Source: Acidobacteriota bacterium (GTDB lineage: Bacteria > Acidobacteriota > Aminicenantia > UBA2199). Taken from it: a stretch of 59,909 nt of DNA. Positions within the stretch are counted from its first letter, which is position 1. Each line of letters begins with the position of its first letter. The stretch is taken from contig JAUPLE010000120.1 in assembly GCA_030837085.1 (NCBI GenBank), forward strand, positions 1-59,909, in the 5' to 3' direction. The notes beneath the pieces were generated by a model that saw only the letters and a list, made by a program, of their open reading frames with translations, ran no database searches and was not told the origin of the DNA. Of the stretch, positions 29,426 to 40,395 are shown piece by piece. Made by a program: the position numbers and the translations under genes.

Positions 29426-32400
29426 GCAATAGATCCCGTGGAGAAAAAAGAGTATTATTTATTATCCTCGGCGCAACTGCGGATATACATCCTGTACCGG
29501 ATGAATACTGAAAGTAAAGGTTATAATATTCCCTTTGTTTTCGTATTAAAAGGAAACCTGGATTCCTCTAAACTGGAGTATTCCTTTAAAAAAATAATAC
29601 AACGGCATGAAAGTTTTAGAACGGCATTTATAATGTCCCCCCAGGGGCCGGCCCAGGTAATTCATGATGCCGCCCATTTCGCAGTGGAGTATTTTACCTG
29701 TAATGAAACAGATGTCCCCGGAATTCTTGCAAATTTTGTTAGACCCTTCAACCTTGAGGCTCCCCCGTTGCTAAGGATAGGAGTGATAAAAATCGATCAA
29801 GTGAAATACATATTAATACTGGATATATTCCATATTATAACAGATGGGGTCTCATTTGATATTCTTGTAAAAGAATTTATTGGGGAATACCAGGGGAACG
29901 ATTTGCCTCCCCTGAGAATTCAATACAAAGATTTTTCTGAATGGCAAAACCGCCAAAAAAGCAGCACGGTAATGAATAGCGAGGAATCATATTGGAAAGA
30001 GCAATTTACACAAGACATACCGGTTCTTGCTTTGCCCTACGATTATCCCCGCCCCCCGGAGCAGAGTTTAGAAGGGGACAGTATAACTTTCGCACTGGCG
30101 GAAGAAAACATAAAAGCTTTGAAAACCCTGGCCCTGGAGCAAGGAATAACGCTGTATATTGTCTTATTTGTATTGTACTATATATTTTTAGCGAAGTTGA
30201 CTAATCAAGAAGATATAGTGGTAGGAACGCCGACAGCGGGGCGCAGGCATGCTGACTTAGAAAAAATCATCGGGATGTTTGTCAACATATTGGCGTTAAG
30301 GAATTATCCCTCCGGTGAGAAACGGATCATCGATTTCCTGGGAGAAGTTAAAGAAAACACCCTAAAAGCGTTTGAAAACCAGGATTACCAATATGAAGAA
30401 TTGGTAGATCATGTAGCAGTAAATAGGGATTTAAGCCGTAATCCCTTATTCGATACTATGTTTGCGCTGCAAAGTATAACCGCCCGGGAAATCGATATTC
30501 CCGGTTTAAAATTAACCCCATATCATTTCAAAAATAAGATAGCCAATTTCGATCTGTCGCTAACTGCGATGGAAAACGACAATGATTTGGTATTCATATT
30601 CGAATACTGTACCAGGTTATTCAAGAAAGAGACAATAGAAAGATTTATCGGGTATTTTAAGAAAATAGTCGAGGCGGTGTTGGAAGATAAAAGTATGGAA
30701 ATGAAAATGGGTGTGATAGAAATAATACCACCAGGAGAGAAGAAGAAAATATTATATGAGTTTAACGATACGTTTGCGGAGTTCCCGGGCAATAAAACCA
30801 TTCATCGATTATTCGAGGAACAATCAGAGAGGCTGGGCGACAGGGTCGCCGTAATTGGCATGGGACATTTTACCTACCTGGAGTTGAGTGAACTATCCAA
30901 TCGCTTGGCTTGTTTGTTAATGAATAACGGGCTTTCCCCCAACACTATTGTGGGTATTATGATCAAACGTTCTATTGAAATGGTAATTGGAATTATGGGG
31001 ATATTAAAAGCAGGCGCCGCATATTTGCCCATCGATCCGGATTACCCACAGGAAAGAATCGATTACATGTTGAAGGACAGTGGTGCAAAGATAATGATAG
31101 GAAGAGCAGAAGAGCAGAAGAGCGGAAGAGCGGAATTTGTGTTATCAAGCTTTTTCCTCACTTCCTTGCTTCCTCGCTCCCCCGCTTCCGTTTCTTCAAA
31201 TCTCGCTTATATCATCTACACCTCCGGTTCCACGGGAAAACCGAAAGGCGTCATGATCACACATCGATCGGTGATGAACCGATTATATTTCATGAAGAAT
31301 AAATTCCGGCTGGACGAGAATGATGTGGTGTTACAAAAAACACGATTTACCTTCGATGTATCGGTGGGTGAATTATTCCACTGGATCCTCCCGGGCGGAA
31401 AATTGTGCTTACTTGCCGCCGGAGGAGAACACCAGCCCGGGGTCATCCTTGACACGATTGCAAAATATAAAGTGACCGTCATTGAGTTCGTGCCATCGGA
31501 GCTGGCAGTATTTTTGGAATTTATGACGGTGGATCATGCGGCAACGAAATTGCAAACACTGCGGTGGGCTTTTAGTGGGGGGGAGGTGCTTCGCCCGGAA
31601 TTGGTCACGATGTTTAAAAAAACAATGGTTGGCCAGTGTAGAGCACAATTGATGAATGCTTATGGGCCCACGGAAGCAACGATGGATATTACTTATTTTA
31701 ATTGTTCCAGCAGCGAGGCCCAGGATGTTATCCCGATTGGGAAACCTATGGCCAATGTCCAGGTGTTTATCCTGGATAGAACGGGTTATTTGCAATCTCC
31801 CGGCGTTCCCGGTGAATTATGCATAAGCGGAGAAAGCCTTGCTATGGGGTATTTGAATGACCCGGGAATAACCGCGGAAAAGTTTTGTAAGTATTATCGG
31901 TCCTATAAGTCCTATAAGACTTATATTTTTTACAAAACCGGGGATTTGGCCCGTTGGTTAACTGACGGCAACATTGAATTTCTTGGTCGCATCGATCACC
32001 AGGTGAAAATTCGGGGGTTCAGGATCGAATTGGGGGAGATAGAGAAGCGATTAACAGATCATCCCCAGGTAAAAGACGCGGCGGTGTTAGTACGCGAGGA
32101 AGAACGTGGAGATAAATATTTATGCGCCTATATTGTATCGAATAAAGAATACAAAATATCGGAAATACGTGAATACCTGTCGAAGGAATTACCGGGTTAT
32201 ATGATCCCCTCGTATTTTGTGCAGTTAGAGAAAATGCCTTTAACGGCCAATGGTAAGATAGACCGAAAAGCATTACCTCAACCGGCATTTATCCCTGGGC
32301 AGAATTATACGCCGCCGGGAAATCAAATAGAAATAAAATTAGCCAACATTTGGTCTAAATTATTGGGAAAAAAAGAAAATATCGGGATTGATGAAGACTT

Positions 32401-35400
32401 TTTCGAATTAGGTGGGCACTCACTAAAAGCCACCCTCTTCATATCAATTGCTCACAAAGAACTGGATGTCCATATTCCCCTCCACGAATTTTTCAAAAAT
32501 TCGACAATAAAGAGATTGGCCCAATACATTCTGCATGAAACGCCAGATAAATTCATTGCCCTGGCCCCAGTAGAAAAAAAGGAATATTATGTCGCTTCTT
32601 CGGCCCAGAAGCGGTTGTACATATTGCAGAGGATGAATCCGGGAAGCACTTCTTACAATATGCCATTTACTCTGTCAATCGGAGGTAACGTAGACCGAAC
32701 ATACCTGGAACAAATCTTCAAAAAATTAATTGCCAGGCATGAGGCTTTAAGAACTTCTTTCATACTTATCGAGGACCAGCCATATCAAGAAGTACATGAC
32801 AATGTGGAATTTGAAATCGAGTATTATGACACGTCATCCATACGTAGCGTCAATGATTTTATACAGGTATTTGATTTAGCAAAGGCGCCGCTGCTTCGCG
32901 TTGGGTTAATGAAAACAGGAAATAAAAATTATCTTCTCATGTTGGATATGCATCATATTATAACGGACGGTATATCGCAAGATATAATGGAAAGAGATTT
33001 CATGGTGTTGTATTCAGGAGCGGAACTCCCTTCCCTTGGTCTTCAATTTAAAAATTATTCAGAGTGGGAGCAAAGCGAATTAAATAAGGAAAAAATGAAA
33101 TCCCAGGAAGATTTCTGGTTAAAAGAGTTTGCTGGAGAAATTCCTGTGTTGGATCTTCCCATGGATTTTCCGAGGCCGGTAATTCAAAGCTTTGAAGGAG
33201 ATTCCACCGGTTTTAATTTAACCCGGGAGGAGTTAAAAGCATTGTATGATACAATGCGTTCGCAAGGAGTTACCCTGTTTATATTATTGTTGTCTATATT
33301 CGATATTTTTATATCGAAAATAAGCGGGCAGGAGGACATTATAATTGGCGCTCCTATTGCAGGGCGAAGGCACATCGACCTGGAAAAAATAGTCGGGATG
33401 TTTGTTAATACTCTTGCTTTTCGAAATTATCCCTGCGCAGAAAAGACGTTTATAAATTTTCTAAGCGAGACAAAAAATAGGACGTTAAAAGCACTTGAAA
33501 ACCAGGATTACCCTTTTGAAAATCTTGCAGAAAAAGTTGTGAAACATCGGGATATGAGTCGTAATCCAATATTTGACGTAATGTTTGTTTTTCAAAATTT
33601 TATCACATTGCCAGGGGAAGTCTCGGAACAAGAAACCGGGGATTTGAGCATAAAACCCTATCATTATGAAAAAAAGACATCGAAATTCGATTTAACTCTG
33701 ATTGCCACTGAAATGGAAGATAAAATATCTTTTTCCTTCGAATACTGCCCAAGACTTTTTAGACAAGAAACCGTTTCACGATTTGTTCACTGCTTCAAAC
33801 AGATGGTATTGTCGGCAATCGAGGCCCCAGGGAAAAAGATAGCGGATATGGACATCGTGACCAGGGAAGAACAAAAACTCATATTATATTCGTTTAACCA
33901 TACTGAAGCGTCTTACCCGAAAGATAAGACCATTCATCGCTTATTTGAGGAACAGGTGGAAAGGGCAAGCGACAGGGTCGCTATAATCGATATAGGGCAT
34001 TTAACCTATCGCCAATTAAATGAGTATTCCAACCGGGTAGCCTTTTTTTTAAGAGAAAAAGGAGTCTTTCCCGACACTATTGTGGGTATTATGATAAAGC
34101 GTTCAGTGGATATGATTATAGGCGTCATGGGAATATTAAAAGCCGGCGGTGCGTATTTGCCAATTGATCCCAATTACCCGGAGCAGAGGATCGATTATAT
34201 GTTGAAAGACAGCGCAGCAAAAATTTCAATAAATAAATCCGAAATCCGAAATCCGAAACTCGAAAGTCACCGGCAGTGGCTTTCGAATTTCGAAATTAGT
34301 GCTTCGGATTTTAATTCCTCAAATCTCGCCTACCTCATTTACACTTCCGGTTCCACCGGTAGGCCCAAAGGGGTGATGGCGCGGCACCGCTCATTGGTAA
34401 ATGCCTGCACATGGCAAAGCACTTACTATAATATTAATGAAAGAGATCATATCACCCAGTATGCACCTTTCGTGTTCGATGCTTCTATATTGGAAATATT
34501 TCCCTGCTTGATCCAGGGCGCCTCATTGTACATAATCGATGAGGAGATAAAAATGAATCCCTATCAATTAAACCGTTATTATGAGAAGATGCATATAACC
34601 TTTAGTTTTTTGCCAACACAATTTTGCGAATTGTTTATGGAATTGGAGAATCATTCGCTTCGTGTATTGCTGGCCGCCGGCGACATGCTGCGGAAATTTA
34701 TCAAGAGAAATTATCGGCTGTACAACAACTATGGTCCTACAGAGAACACAGTCGTCACCACTTCCAGGTTGGTCGAAACCCAGAGCGATAACATTCCCAT
34801 TGGAACTCCCATTCAGAACAATCACGTGTACATTTTGGATAAGAATCATAGACACTTTCAGCCTATCGGTATCCCCGGGGAGTTGTGTATCGGTGGTGAA
34901 AGCTTATGCAGGGGCTATTTAAACCAACCGGAATTAACTGCAGAGAAATTTGACCGGGATTTATGGGGTGTGCAGGATAGTCAGGATAAGAAAAACAAAA
35001 GTTTTTTAGCGGATGAAGGGGGGCGATTTTTCAAAAAAGCCCCCCTACTCTACCGCACCGGTGACCTAGCTAGGTGGTTACCTGATGGAAATATCGAATT
35101 CCTGGGCCGCATCGATCACCAGGTGAAGATCAGGGGGTTCCGTATTGAGTTGGGTGAAATAGAAAATCGTTTATTAAAACATAACGATATAAAAGATGCG
35201 GTGGTAATAGATAGAAAAGATGAGCAAGGCGATAAATATTTAACCGCATACATTGTATCCGATAAACCAATCGAGGTCGCTGAATTAAGAAATATACTTT
35301 CTAAGTCTTTGCCGAATTATATGATCCCCTCCTTTTTTGTTCGGCTAGAAAAACTCCCCTTGTCCTTAACCGGCAAAATGGACCGAAAAGCATTACCTTC

Positions 35401-35731
35401 ACCAGAGTTGGGTGGAGAGATATCTTTCGCACCGCCGGAGAATGAAATAGAAGAAAAATTGCGAAGAATTTGGTCCCGGGTGTTAGGGCTGGAAGATTTT
35501 AGAATCAGTACAAGCGCAAACTTTTTTGAATTAGGGGGGCATTCGTTAAAAGCCGCTTTTTTGATGAGCGAAATCCAATCCGAATTCAGTATAAATGTGC
35601 CCCTTGAAGAAATCTTCAATGCTCCTTCGATAAAAGAAATAGCGACACTAATAAAAATTGTCGATTGGGCAGGTGGAAGCGCTGAAATGAACCCGGCAAA
35701 AACTCGAACACATAAGGAGATCCTTTTATGA
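25850..35731 (+). CDS. Hybrid PKS-NRPS: KS-(no AT)-KR-ACP-C-A-T-C-A-T
   Basis: 3293-aa ORF starting 4 nt after the gene A stop. Motifs are listed under modules P1, N5 and N6. Confidence 0.97.
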   Translation: MQTGMEIAIIGMAGRFPGVKNLDEYWEKLAQGKETISFFTDNELAESGISSEKLNNPHYVKAGGILEGIEYFDAYFFGYTPKEAEIMDPQIRIFHECAWHALEDAGYDPGEYDGLIGLFAGASPNTQWQARVFIPGKENDIGSFAAHQLIQKGFLTLRISYKLNLKGPSFELNTACSTSLVAVHTGCQAILNGECDMAMAGGIGISFLDKRGYMYREGMISSPDGHCKAFDADAKGTVASDGVGIVVLKRLEDALPDRDHIYAIIKGTAINNDGARKAGFSASSVEGQAEAIRTALDMAEVEPESIGYIETHGTGTELGDPVEIGALKLAFNTKKKSFCAIGSVKSNIGHTDAAAGAAGLIKTVLALKHQLIPPTLHFEIPNPFIDFIDTPFYIAAKLSEWEKKKYPRRAGVSSFGIGGTNAHIIVEEWLEKIRKITEVGEYRLIVLSAINESAMDKMKKNLADYLQCHQGINLDDVVYTLQAGRKAFNHRWITVCTTRAELIETLTSAAGGETHMCSMDKNKPGLIKLEPGAGKDRLIEVGKLWLHGHKIDRQSLDPEAKSYRIPLPVYPFERQRYWLNFESADLKAQMKKFSEPIPDIADWFYFPAWKNSNLEFREQNHPTIPCCWLLFMTDLNLTNILLKHLQKIYRDVVIVKIGDSFNIVNDHHYTLNPQEYHHYENLFDNLRIRGLLPDKIIHSWNITEENESIENLQSRILSIKKSKNIGFFSLLHTAAALGKQDFSHDIQIHVLLNHAEEVTGNESLDPGKSTTLGLLKVIPQEYPGIRCGSIDIELPQPGTLEEETLADLLWEEISIGSDAMEVEIAYRNNLRWVQVFDSLHLEAPSQEQIKLKIREKGVFLITGGLGKIGIMFAELFVKWARARLVLTGRSPFPPGENSFEIKKLKELEEMGGEVIYMRADAADLEQMRTIIREAETKFGPINGIIHAAGVTEGRSMKIIRDLTPADCMVQFEAKVWGVLVLEELFKDKKLDFCWMLSSISCVLGGLGFGAYASANRFMDAFVKKHNRSYSPYSRWFSLNWDGMDAHRSIDIFERLFTLKNTNQLVVSREGNLHNRIYRWIKLKTLQEKDAIKEKNLTSSHPRPNLSSDYTAPRNPTEQTLVKIWKNLLGFDDIGVQDDFLELGGDSLNAITVISQIHRESGVNIPVTEFFVHPTIERIAGYILGNKNKTTFTAIDPVEKKEYYLLSSAQLRIYILYRMNTESKGYNIPFVFVLKGNLDSSKLEYSFKKIIQRHESFRTAFIMSPQGPAQVIHDAAHFAVEYFTCNETDVPGILANFVRPFNLEAPPLLRIGVIKIDQVKYILILDIFHIITDGVSFDILVKEFIGEYQGNDLPPLRIQYKDFSEWQNRQKSSTVMNSEESYWKEQFTQDIPVLALPYDYPRPPEQSLEGDSITFALAEENIKALKTLALEQGITLYIVLFVLYYIFLAKLTNQEDIVVGTPTAGRRHADLEKIIGMFVNILALRNYPSGEKRIIDFLGEVKENTLKAFENQDYQYEELVDHVAVNRDLSRNPLFDTMFALQSITAREIDIPGLKLTPYHFKNKIANFDLSLTAMENDNDLVFIFEYCTRLFKKETIERFIGYFKKIVEAVLEDKSMEMKMGVIEIIPPGEKKKILYEFNDTFAEFPGNKTIHRLFEEQSERLGDRVAVIGMGHFTYLELSELSNRLACLLMNNGLSPNTIVGIMIKRSIEMVIGIMGILKAGAAYLPIDPDYPQERIDYMLKDSGAKIMIGRAEEQKSGRAEFVLSSFFLTSLLPRSPASVSSNLAYIIYTSGSTGKPKGVMITHRSVMNRLYFMKNKFRLDENDVVLQKTRFTFDVSVGELFHWILPGGKLCLLAAGGEHQPGVILDTIAKYKVTVIEFVPSELAVFLEFMTVDHAATKLQTLRWAFSGGEVLRPELVTMFKKTMVGQCRAQLMNAYGPTEATMDITYFNCSSSEAQDVIPIGKPMANVQVFILDRTGYLQSPGVPGELCISGESLAMGYLNDPGITAEKFCKYYRSYKSYKTYIFYKTGDLARWLTDGNIEFLGRIDHQVKIRGFRIELGEIEKRLTDHPQVKDAAVLVREEERGDKYLCAYIVSNKEYKISEIREYLSKELPGYMIPSYFVQLEKMPLTANGKIDRKALPQPAFIPGQNYTPPGNQIEIKLANIWSKLLGKKENIGIDEDFFELGGHSLKATLFISIAHKELDVHIPLHEFFKNSTIKRLAQYILHETPDKFIALAPVEKKEYYVASSAQKRLYILQRMNPGSTSYNMPFTLSIGGNVDRTYLEQIFKKLIARHEALRTSFILIEDQPYQEVHDNVEFEIEYYDTSSIRSVNDFIQVFDLAKAPLLRVGLMKTGNKNYLLMLDMHHIITDGISQDIMERDFMVLYSGAELPSLGLQFKNYSEWEQSELNKEKMKSQEDFWLKEFAGEIPVLDLPMDFPRPVIQSFEGDSTGFNLTREELKALYDTMRSQGVTLFILLLSIFDIFISKISGQEDIIIGAPIAGRRHIDLEKIVGMFVNTLAFRNYPCAEKTFINFLSETKNRTLKALENQDYPFENLAEKVVKHRDMSRNPIFDVMFVFQNFITLPGEVSEQETGDLSIKPYHYEKKTSKFDLTLIATEMEDKISFSFEYCPRLFRQETVSRFVHCFKQMVLSAIEAPGKKIADMDIVTREEQKLILYSFNHTEASYPKDKTIHRLFEEQVERASDRVAIIDIGHLTYRQLNEYSNRVAFFLREKGVFPDTIVGIMIKRSVDMIIGVMGILKAGGAYLPIDPNYPEQRIDYMLKDSAAKISINKSEIRNPKLESHRQWLSNFEISASDFNSSNLAYLIYTSGSTGRPKGVMARHRSLVNACTWQSTYYNINERDHITQYAPFVFDASILEIFPCLIQGASLYIIDEEIKMNPYQLNRYYEKMHITFSFLPTQFCELFMELENHSLRVLLAAGDMLRKFIKRNYRLYNNYGPTENTVVTTSRLVETQSDNIPIGTPIQNNHVYILDKNHRHFQPIGIPGELCIGGESLCRGYLNQPELTAEKFDRDLWGVQDSQDKKNKSFLADEGGRFFKKAPLLYRTGDLARWLPDGNIEFLGRIDHQVKIRGFRIELGEIENRLLKHNDIKDAVVIDRKDEQGDKYLTAYIVSDKPIEVAELRNILSKSLPNYMIPSFFVRLEKLPLSLTGKMDRKALPSPELGGEISFAPPENEIEEKLRRIWSRVLGLEDFRISTSANFFELGGHSLKAAFLMSEIQSEFSINVPLEEIFNAPSIKEIATLIKIVDWAGGSAEMNPAKTRTHKEILL
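29435..32555 (+). other. NRPS module N5: C-A-T, Orn-like specificity; boundaries approximate
   Basis: C domain: YYLLSSAQLRIYILY, variant FHIITDG (29828-29848; the first His is replaced by Phe). A domain: code DVGEFGAMDK, compared with the Orn code DVGEIGSIDK. T domain: FFELGGHS, Ser codon 32420-32422. Confidence 0.75.
31100..31197 (+). repeat. PE-4 GAAGAGC purine arm / pyrimidine arm imperfect palindrome in the N5 A domain (A2-A3 loop)
   Basis: Purine arm ggaagagcagaagagcagaagagcggaagagcggaa (31100-31135). Pyrimidine arm ttcctcacttccttgcttcctcgctcccccgcttccgtttcttc (31154-31197). 31112-31130 is a 19-mer identical to intergenic 13808-13826. Confidence 0.75.
34235..34311 (+). repeat. PE-2 copy (short form) in the N6 A domain (A2-A3 loop)
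   Basis: Left arm aaatccgaaatccgaaatccgaaactcgaaagtcac, loop cggca, right arm gtggctttcgaatttcgaaattagtgcttcggattt. 34232-34265 is identical over 34 nt to 24241-24274. Confidence 0.85.
34997..35047 (+). repeat. PE-1 copy in the N6 A domain (A6-A7 loop)
   Basis: aaaagttttttagcggatgaaggggggcgatttttcaaaaaagccccccta. Translated as KSFLADEGGRFFKKAPL. Confidence 0.8.
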
Positions 35732-38700
35732 ATAGCCTGGACGTATTGGTTAAGTTAAAAGAACTGGGAATTCGTGTGCAAGTAGCAGGGGATGGATTAG
35801 AAATTAGTGGAAATGAAGAGTATTTAACTCCTGGTATTATCGATGAATTGAAAAATAACAAGGAACAAATTATTCGATTCTTTAAAAAAAATATCCAAAC
35901 CCGGATTCCTATTTCATCCATTGAACCAATGGAACAAAAAGACTATTATCCTTTATCCTCAGCCCAGGAGAGATTATATGTCCTGCAGCAATTAGCACAG
36001 GAAAGCACGGCGTATAATTTACCCATGATAATGAACCTGGAAGGAAGAGTTGAAGAAGAAAAAATCGAACAAATCCTCGCGAAACTGGTAAATCGCCATG
36101 AGAGTTTAAGAACCTCATTTGAAATGATCGATGAGGAACCAGCGCAGAGAGTTCACCCGGAAGTGGAATTCCAACTTGAAAATTCTTCGGTTGCAACCCA
36201 CTCAAGTCAGGATATCATCAAGAATTTCATCCGTCCGTTCGATTTATCCAAAGCGCCATTAATGCGCGCAGGTTTAATAAAGACCGGGGAAAGAAAGCAC
36301 GTCTTGATGGTAGACATGCATCATATCATCACAGATGGTGCATCCGACAATATATTAAAAAAAGAATTCATTTCCCTTTATTCGGGAAAAGAACTCCCGC
36401 CCCTTCAATTCCAGTATAAAGACTACTCGGAATGGCGGCGCAGTCGAAAAATTAAAGAATACTTAAAGCGGCAAGAAGCGTACTGGCTAAAGGAATTCGC
36501 TGGCGAAATCCCTTTGTTAAATTTACCCATCGATTATATACGACCTGCGGTTCAAAGCTTTGAAGGACACACGGTCCATTTTAAATTAATCGAGGAAGAA
36601 ACAAGCGCCTTAAAAGAAATGGCTGCGTTCAGTGGGGCCACATTATTTATGGTAGTATTGGCGCTATATAATGTGTTTTTAGCGAAAATAAGTAACCAGG
36701 AAGATATTATCGTGGGAACACCTATTGCAAATCGGAATTACCCGGGCCTGACGCAAATCATCGGCATGTTTGTCAACACCATTGCTCTACGAAATTTCCC
36801 CATCGGGGAACAAAAATTAATAGATTTTCTCAGCGTAGTAAAAAAACGAACCCTGGAGGCATTTGAAAACCAGGACTACCAATTTGAAGATCTTGTGGAA
36901 AAAGTCGCATTGACAAGAAATATGAGTCGTAATCCTATATTTGATACAATGTTCGTGTTTCAAAACTTAATCACATTGCCCGGGGGAATCGCGGAACAAA
37001 AAATCGGGGAAGTGCACATAAAACCTTATCATCATGAAATCAAGTCGTCGAAATTTGATTTAACTCTGAACGCCGCTGAGGTAGGAGATAAATTATCCCT
37101 TTCATTCGAATACTGCACGAAACTCTTTAAGCAAGAAACAATTTTACGATTTGTTCGCTACTTCAAAAAAATGGTATCGTCAGGAATCGACTACCCCGGG
37201 AAAATGATAGCAGATATAGAGCTCGTGACCAGGGAAGAAAAAAAAATTATATTGTATGAATTTAATGATAGCGAAACGCCTTATCCGAAAGATAAAACCA
37301 TTCATCGACTGTTTGAGGAAGAAGTGGAGAAGGTAGGTGACCGGGTCGCCGTAATCGATATAGGGCATGATCATGATATAAGAGGGGAGGGGACGCATTT
37401 CACCTACCGTCAATTAGATGAACAATCCAATCGGTTGGCCAATTTATTTATAGAAAAAGGGATCCTGGCGGACAATATTGTAGGTATTATGATGGAACGG
37501 TCCGTTGAAATGATCATAGGGATTTTAGGCATATTAAAGGCTGGCGGCGCCTATTTACCCATCGACCCGGATTACCCCCAGGAACGAATCGATTATATAT
37601 TGAAAGACAGTAATGCATTGGCTGTAATTGATAAGAAGTTTTTGGGGGGTCCAAGGGGCGATTTTTCAAAAAAGCCCCCTGGTTGCCGAAGGCCTTTTTA
37701 TCATTCAAGCCACCTCGCTTACATCATCTACACCTCCGGTTCTACGGGAAAACCCAAAGGAGTGTTGATCGATCATCGTAATGTCGTCAGGTTGATGTTT
37801 AACGAAAAATTCCCATTTGACTTTAACGTTAACGACATATGGACAATGTTCCATTCATACTGTTTTGATTTTTCTGTATGGGAAATGTATGGCGCGTTGT
37901 TGTATGGAGGGAAATTGTTGCTAATATCCAAAATGACAGCAAGAGATACCAGGCGCTTTTTGGAAATCCTGGGAAAAAATCAAGTAACCATCTTAAACCA
38001 AACTCCAACCGCATTCTATAATTTATCGTACCTGGAAGTCGGCAATCCCCGCGAAGAATTAAACATCAGGTATATTATCTTTGGAGGGGAGCCCCTTACG
38101 CCATCCCGATTAAAAGAATGGAGAGCAAAGTATCCCGGGGTGAAACTGGTAAATATGTATGGAATTACAGAAACAACCGTGCATGTGACGTTCAAAAAAT
38201 TAAAAGATCGGGAAGTTGAAACGGCAGTCAGCAATATTGGGCAGGCAATACCTACATTGAGTACGTATATAATGGATAGGAATTTTAACTTGCAGCCATT
38301 TTGCGTCGCAGGCGAACTATGTATCGGTGGAGAAGGTGTCGGTAGGGGATATTTGAATAAACCTGAATTAACCGCTGAGAAATTTGTGCACAACCCTTAT
38401 AAAGTAGAAGAAAGGATATATATATCCGGGGACTTAGCGAAATTGAGGGAAGACGGAGATATAGAATATTTAGGCCGCATCGATAGCCAGGTGAAGATCA
38501 GGGGTTTCCGCATCGAATTGGAAGAGATAGAAATCCGGTTATTAAAACATGACAATATAAAAGAAGCGGTAGTAATAGAGAGAACGGATGAAAAAGGCGA
38601 TAAGCATTTAGCTGCATACATTGTGACCGGTGAACCATTGGACACAAACGAATTAAGAAATTTTCTTGCCAATTTCCTGCCGGATTATATGATCCCGTCT

Positions 38701-40395
38701 TATTTTATTGAGCTAGAGGCAATACCGTTAACTCTCAACGGAAAAATAGATAAACAGGCGCTGCCGATCCCTGTATTCGAAACGAAAGAGCAGTACCGGG
38801 CCCCAAGAAATGAGGTCGAAAAAAAATTGACCGGGGTACTGGAAAAAGTATTGGGTAGAGAGAAAATAGGAATCGATGAGAATTTTTTCATGATCGGCGG
38901 CGATTCTATCAAAGCAATACAAATAACCACGAGAATGAGAAGCGCCGGCTATAAACTAGAAATAAAAGATCTATTTCAGAACCCCTCCATTGAGCGGCTA
39001 TCCCCATTGGTTACCCCGTTAAAATACCAGGTAGAACAGTGCGCCGTAACGGGAACAATTCCGCTAACACCGATTCAAAGAGAATTTTTCGAATACAACA
39101 AAATAGCTCCCCATCATTTTAATCATGCTGTAATGCTGAATATAAAAGAACGGATCGATAAAGGAACCCTCGGAATAATAATTGAAAAGATCCAGGAGCA
39201 TCATGATGCGCTTCGGATGAGCTACCAAATAAGAGGCAAAGAGATCGTTCAAACCGGGAATGATGTGGATTATCCCAATAAAATAAAAGAGCATGATCTA
39301 AGGGGAGAAGCCGGATTAAAGAAGTCGATGGAGTCGATATGTAACGAAATCCAGGCCGGGATAAATCTCGAGGAAGGTCCGTTAATGAAAATAGGGTTAT
39401 TCCACCTGGATGATGGCGATAGAGTGTTGATTGTTATCCATCACCTGGTAGTCGACGGGGTATCATGGAGAATATTATTCGAAGATATCGACACGCTGTA
39501 CCGGCAATATAAACGCAGCGAAAAATTGAAATTACCGTTAAAAACCAGTCCATTTAAGGAATGGTCGGAAATGTTGAAGGAACGCTCTAACAGCGAAGCA
39601 TTTCTTTTAGAAAAACCTTATTGGCAAGCCCTGGAATCGGAGAATGCCGAGGAGATCGAAAGAGATATAAAAAAAAGTGAAGGGAATTATGTAAGAGACG
39701 CCGATATCGTCTCATTCAGTATAAGCGAAGAAGAGACCGATCTTTTACTGGGCAAAGTAAACGAGGCGTTTGGAACGGAGATTAATGATATATTATTAAC
39801 AGCGCTTGGGCTAGGTTTAAAGAAAACCTTTGCAAAAGATAAATATGTAACAGCGTTGGAAGGTCATGGCAGGGAAGAATTGTTTGAAAATGTGGACATA
39901 AGTCGTACCGTCGGGTGGTTCACCAGTGTATATCCCGTGTTGTTGGATATTTCTCATGCGGATGACCCGGGCCGTCAGATCAAGGAGATAAAAGAAAATT
40001 TAAGAAAAATACCCCATAAGGGAATCGGGTATGGCATATTGAAATATCTGACATCAGCAGGAAATAAGGGAAATATTCAATTCAAGTTGAGACCTTCTGC
40101 CAGTTTTAATTACCTGGGCCAATTCGGAACCGATGTCCGTAATTTATCCTTCGAGATAGCAAATGAACCGGTGGGCAATACAATGAGTTTAGCAGCGCAG
40201 CGAAATTATGAATTCGACATAACCGGGATGGTGGCAGATAAACAGTTACGTATGGATATTACCTACAACCGGAATCATTACGAAAGAGGGACCATCAAGA
40301 AATTAATGGGGAATTTGAAAAAGGAACTCCGCCGCTTGATAGAATATTGCAGCCGTAAGGAACGACGGGAATTTACGCCTTCCGATTTTACATAT
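35728..40395 (+). other. NRPS module N7: TubC_N-like docking-C-A(Thr)-T-E; boundaries approximate
   Basis: The N-terminus LDVLVKLKELGIRVQVAGDGLEISGNEEYLTPGIIDELKNNKEQIIRFF fits the beta-hairpin docking (TubC_N) pattern. C domain: HHIITDG (36319-36339). A domain: code DFWNIGMVHK, an exact canonical Thr code. T domain: FFMIGGDS, Ser codon 38905-38907. E domain: IHHLVVDGVSWRIL (39439-39459), ending near EFTPSDF. Confidence 0.88.

Larger units (their letters stand above)
32570..35680 (+). other. NRPS module N6: C-A-T, Leu-like specificity; boundaries approximate
   Basis: C domain: YYVASSAQKRLYILQ, HHIITDG (32951-32971). A domain: code DALFLANVVK, compared with the Leu code DAWFLGNVVK. T domain: FFELGGHS, Ser codon 35543-35545. 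Confidence 0.7.
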
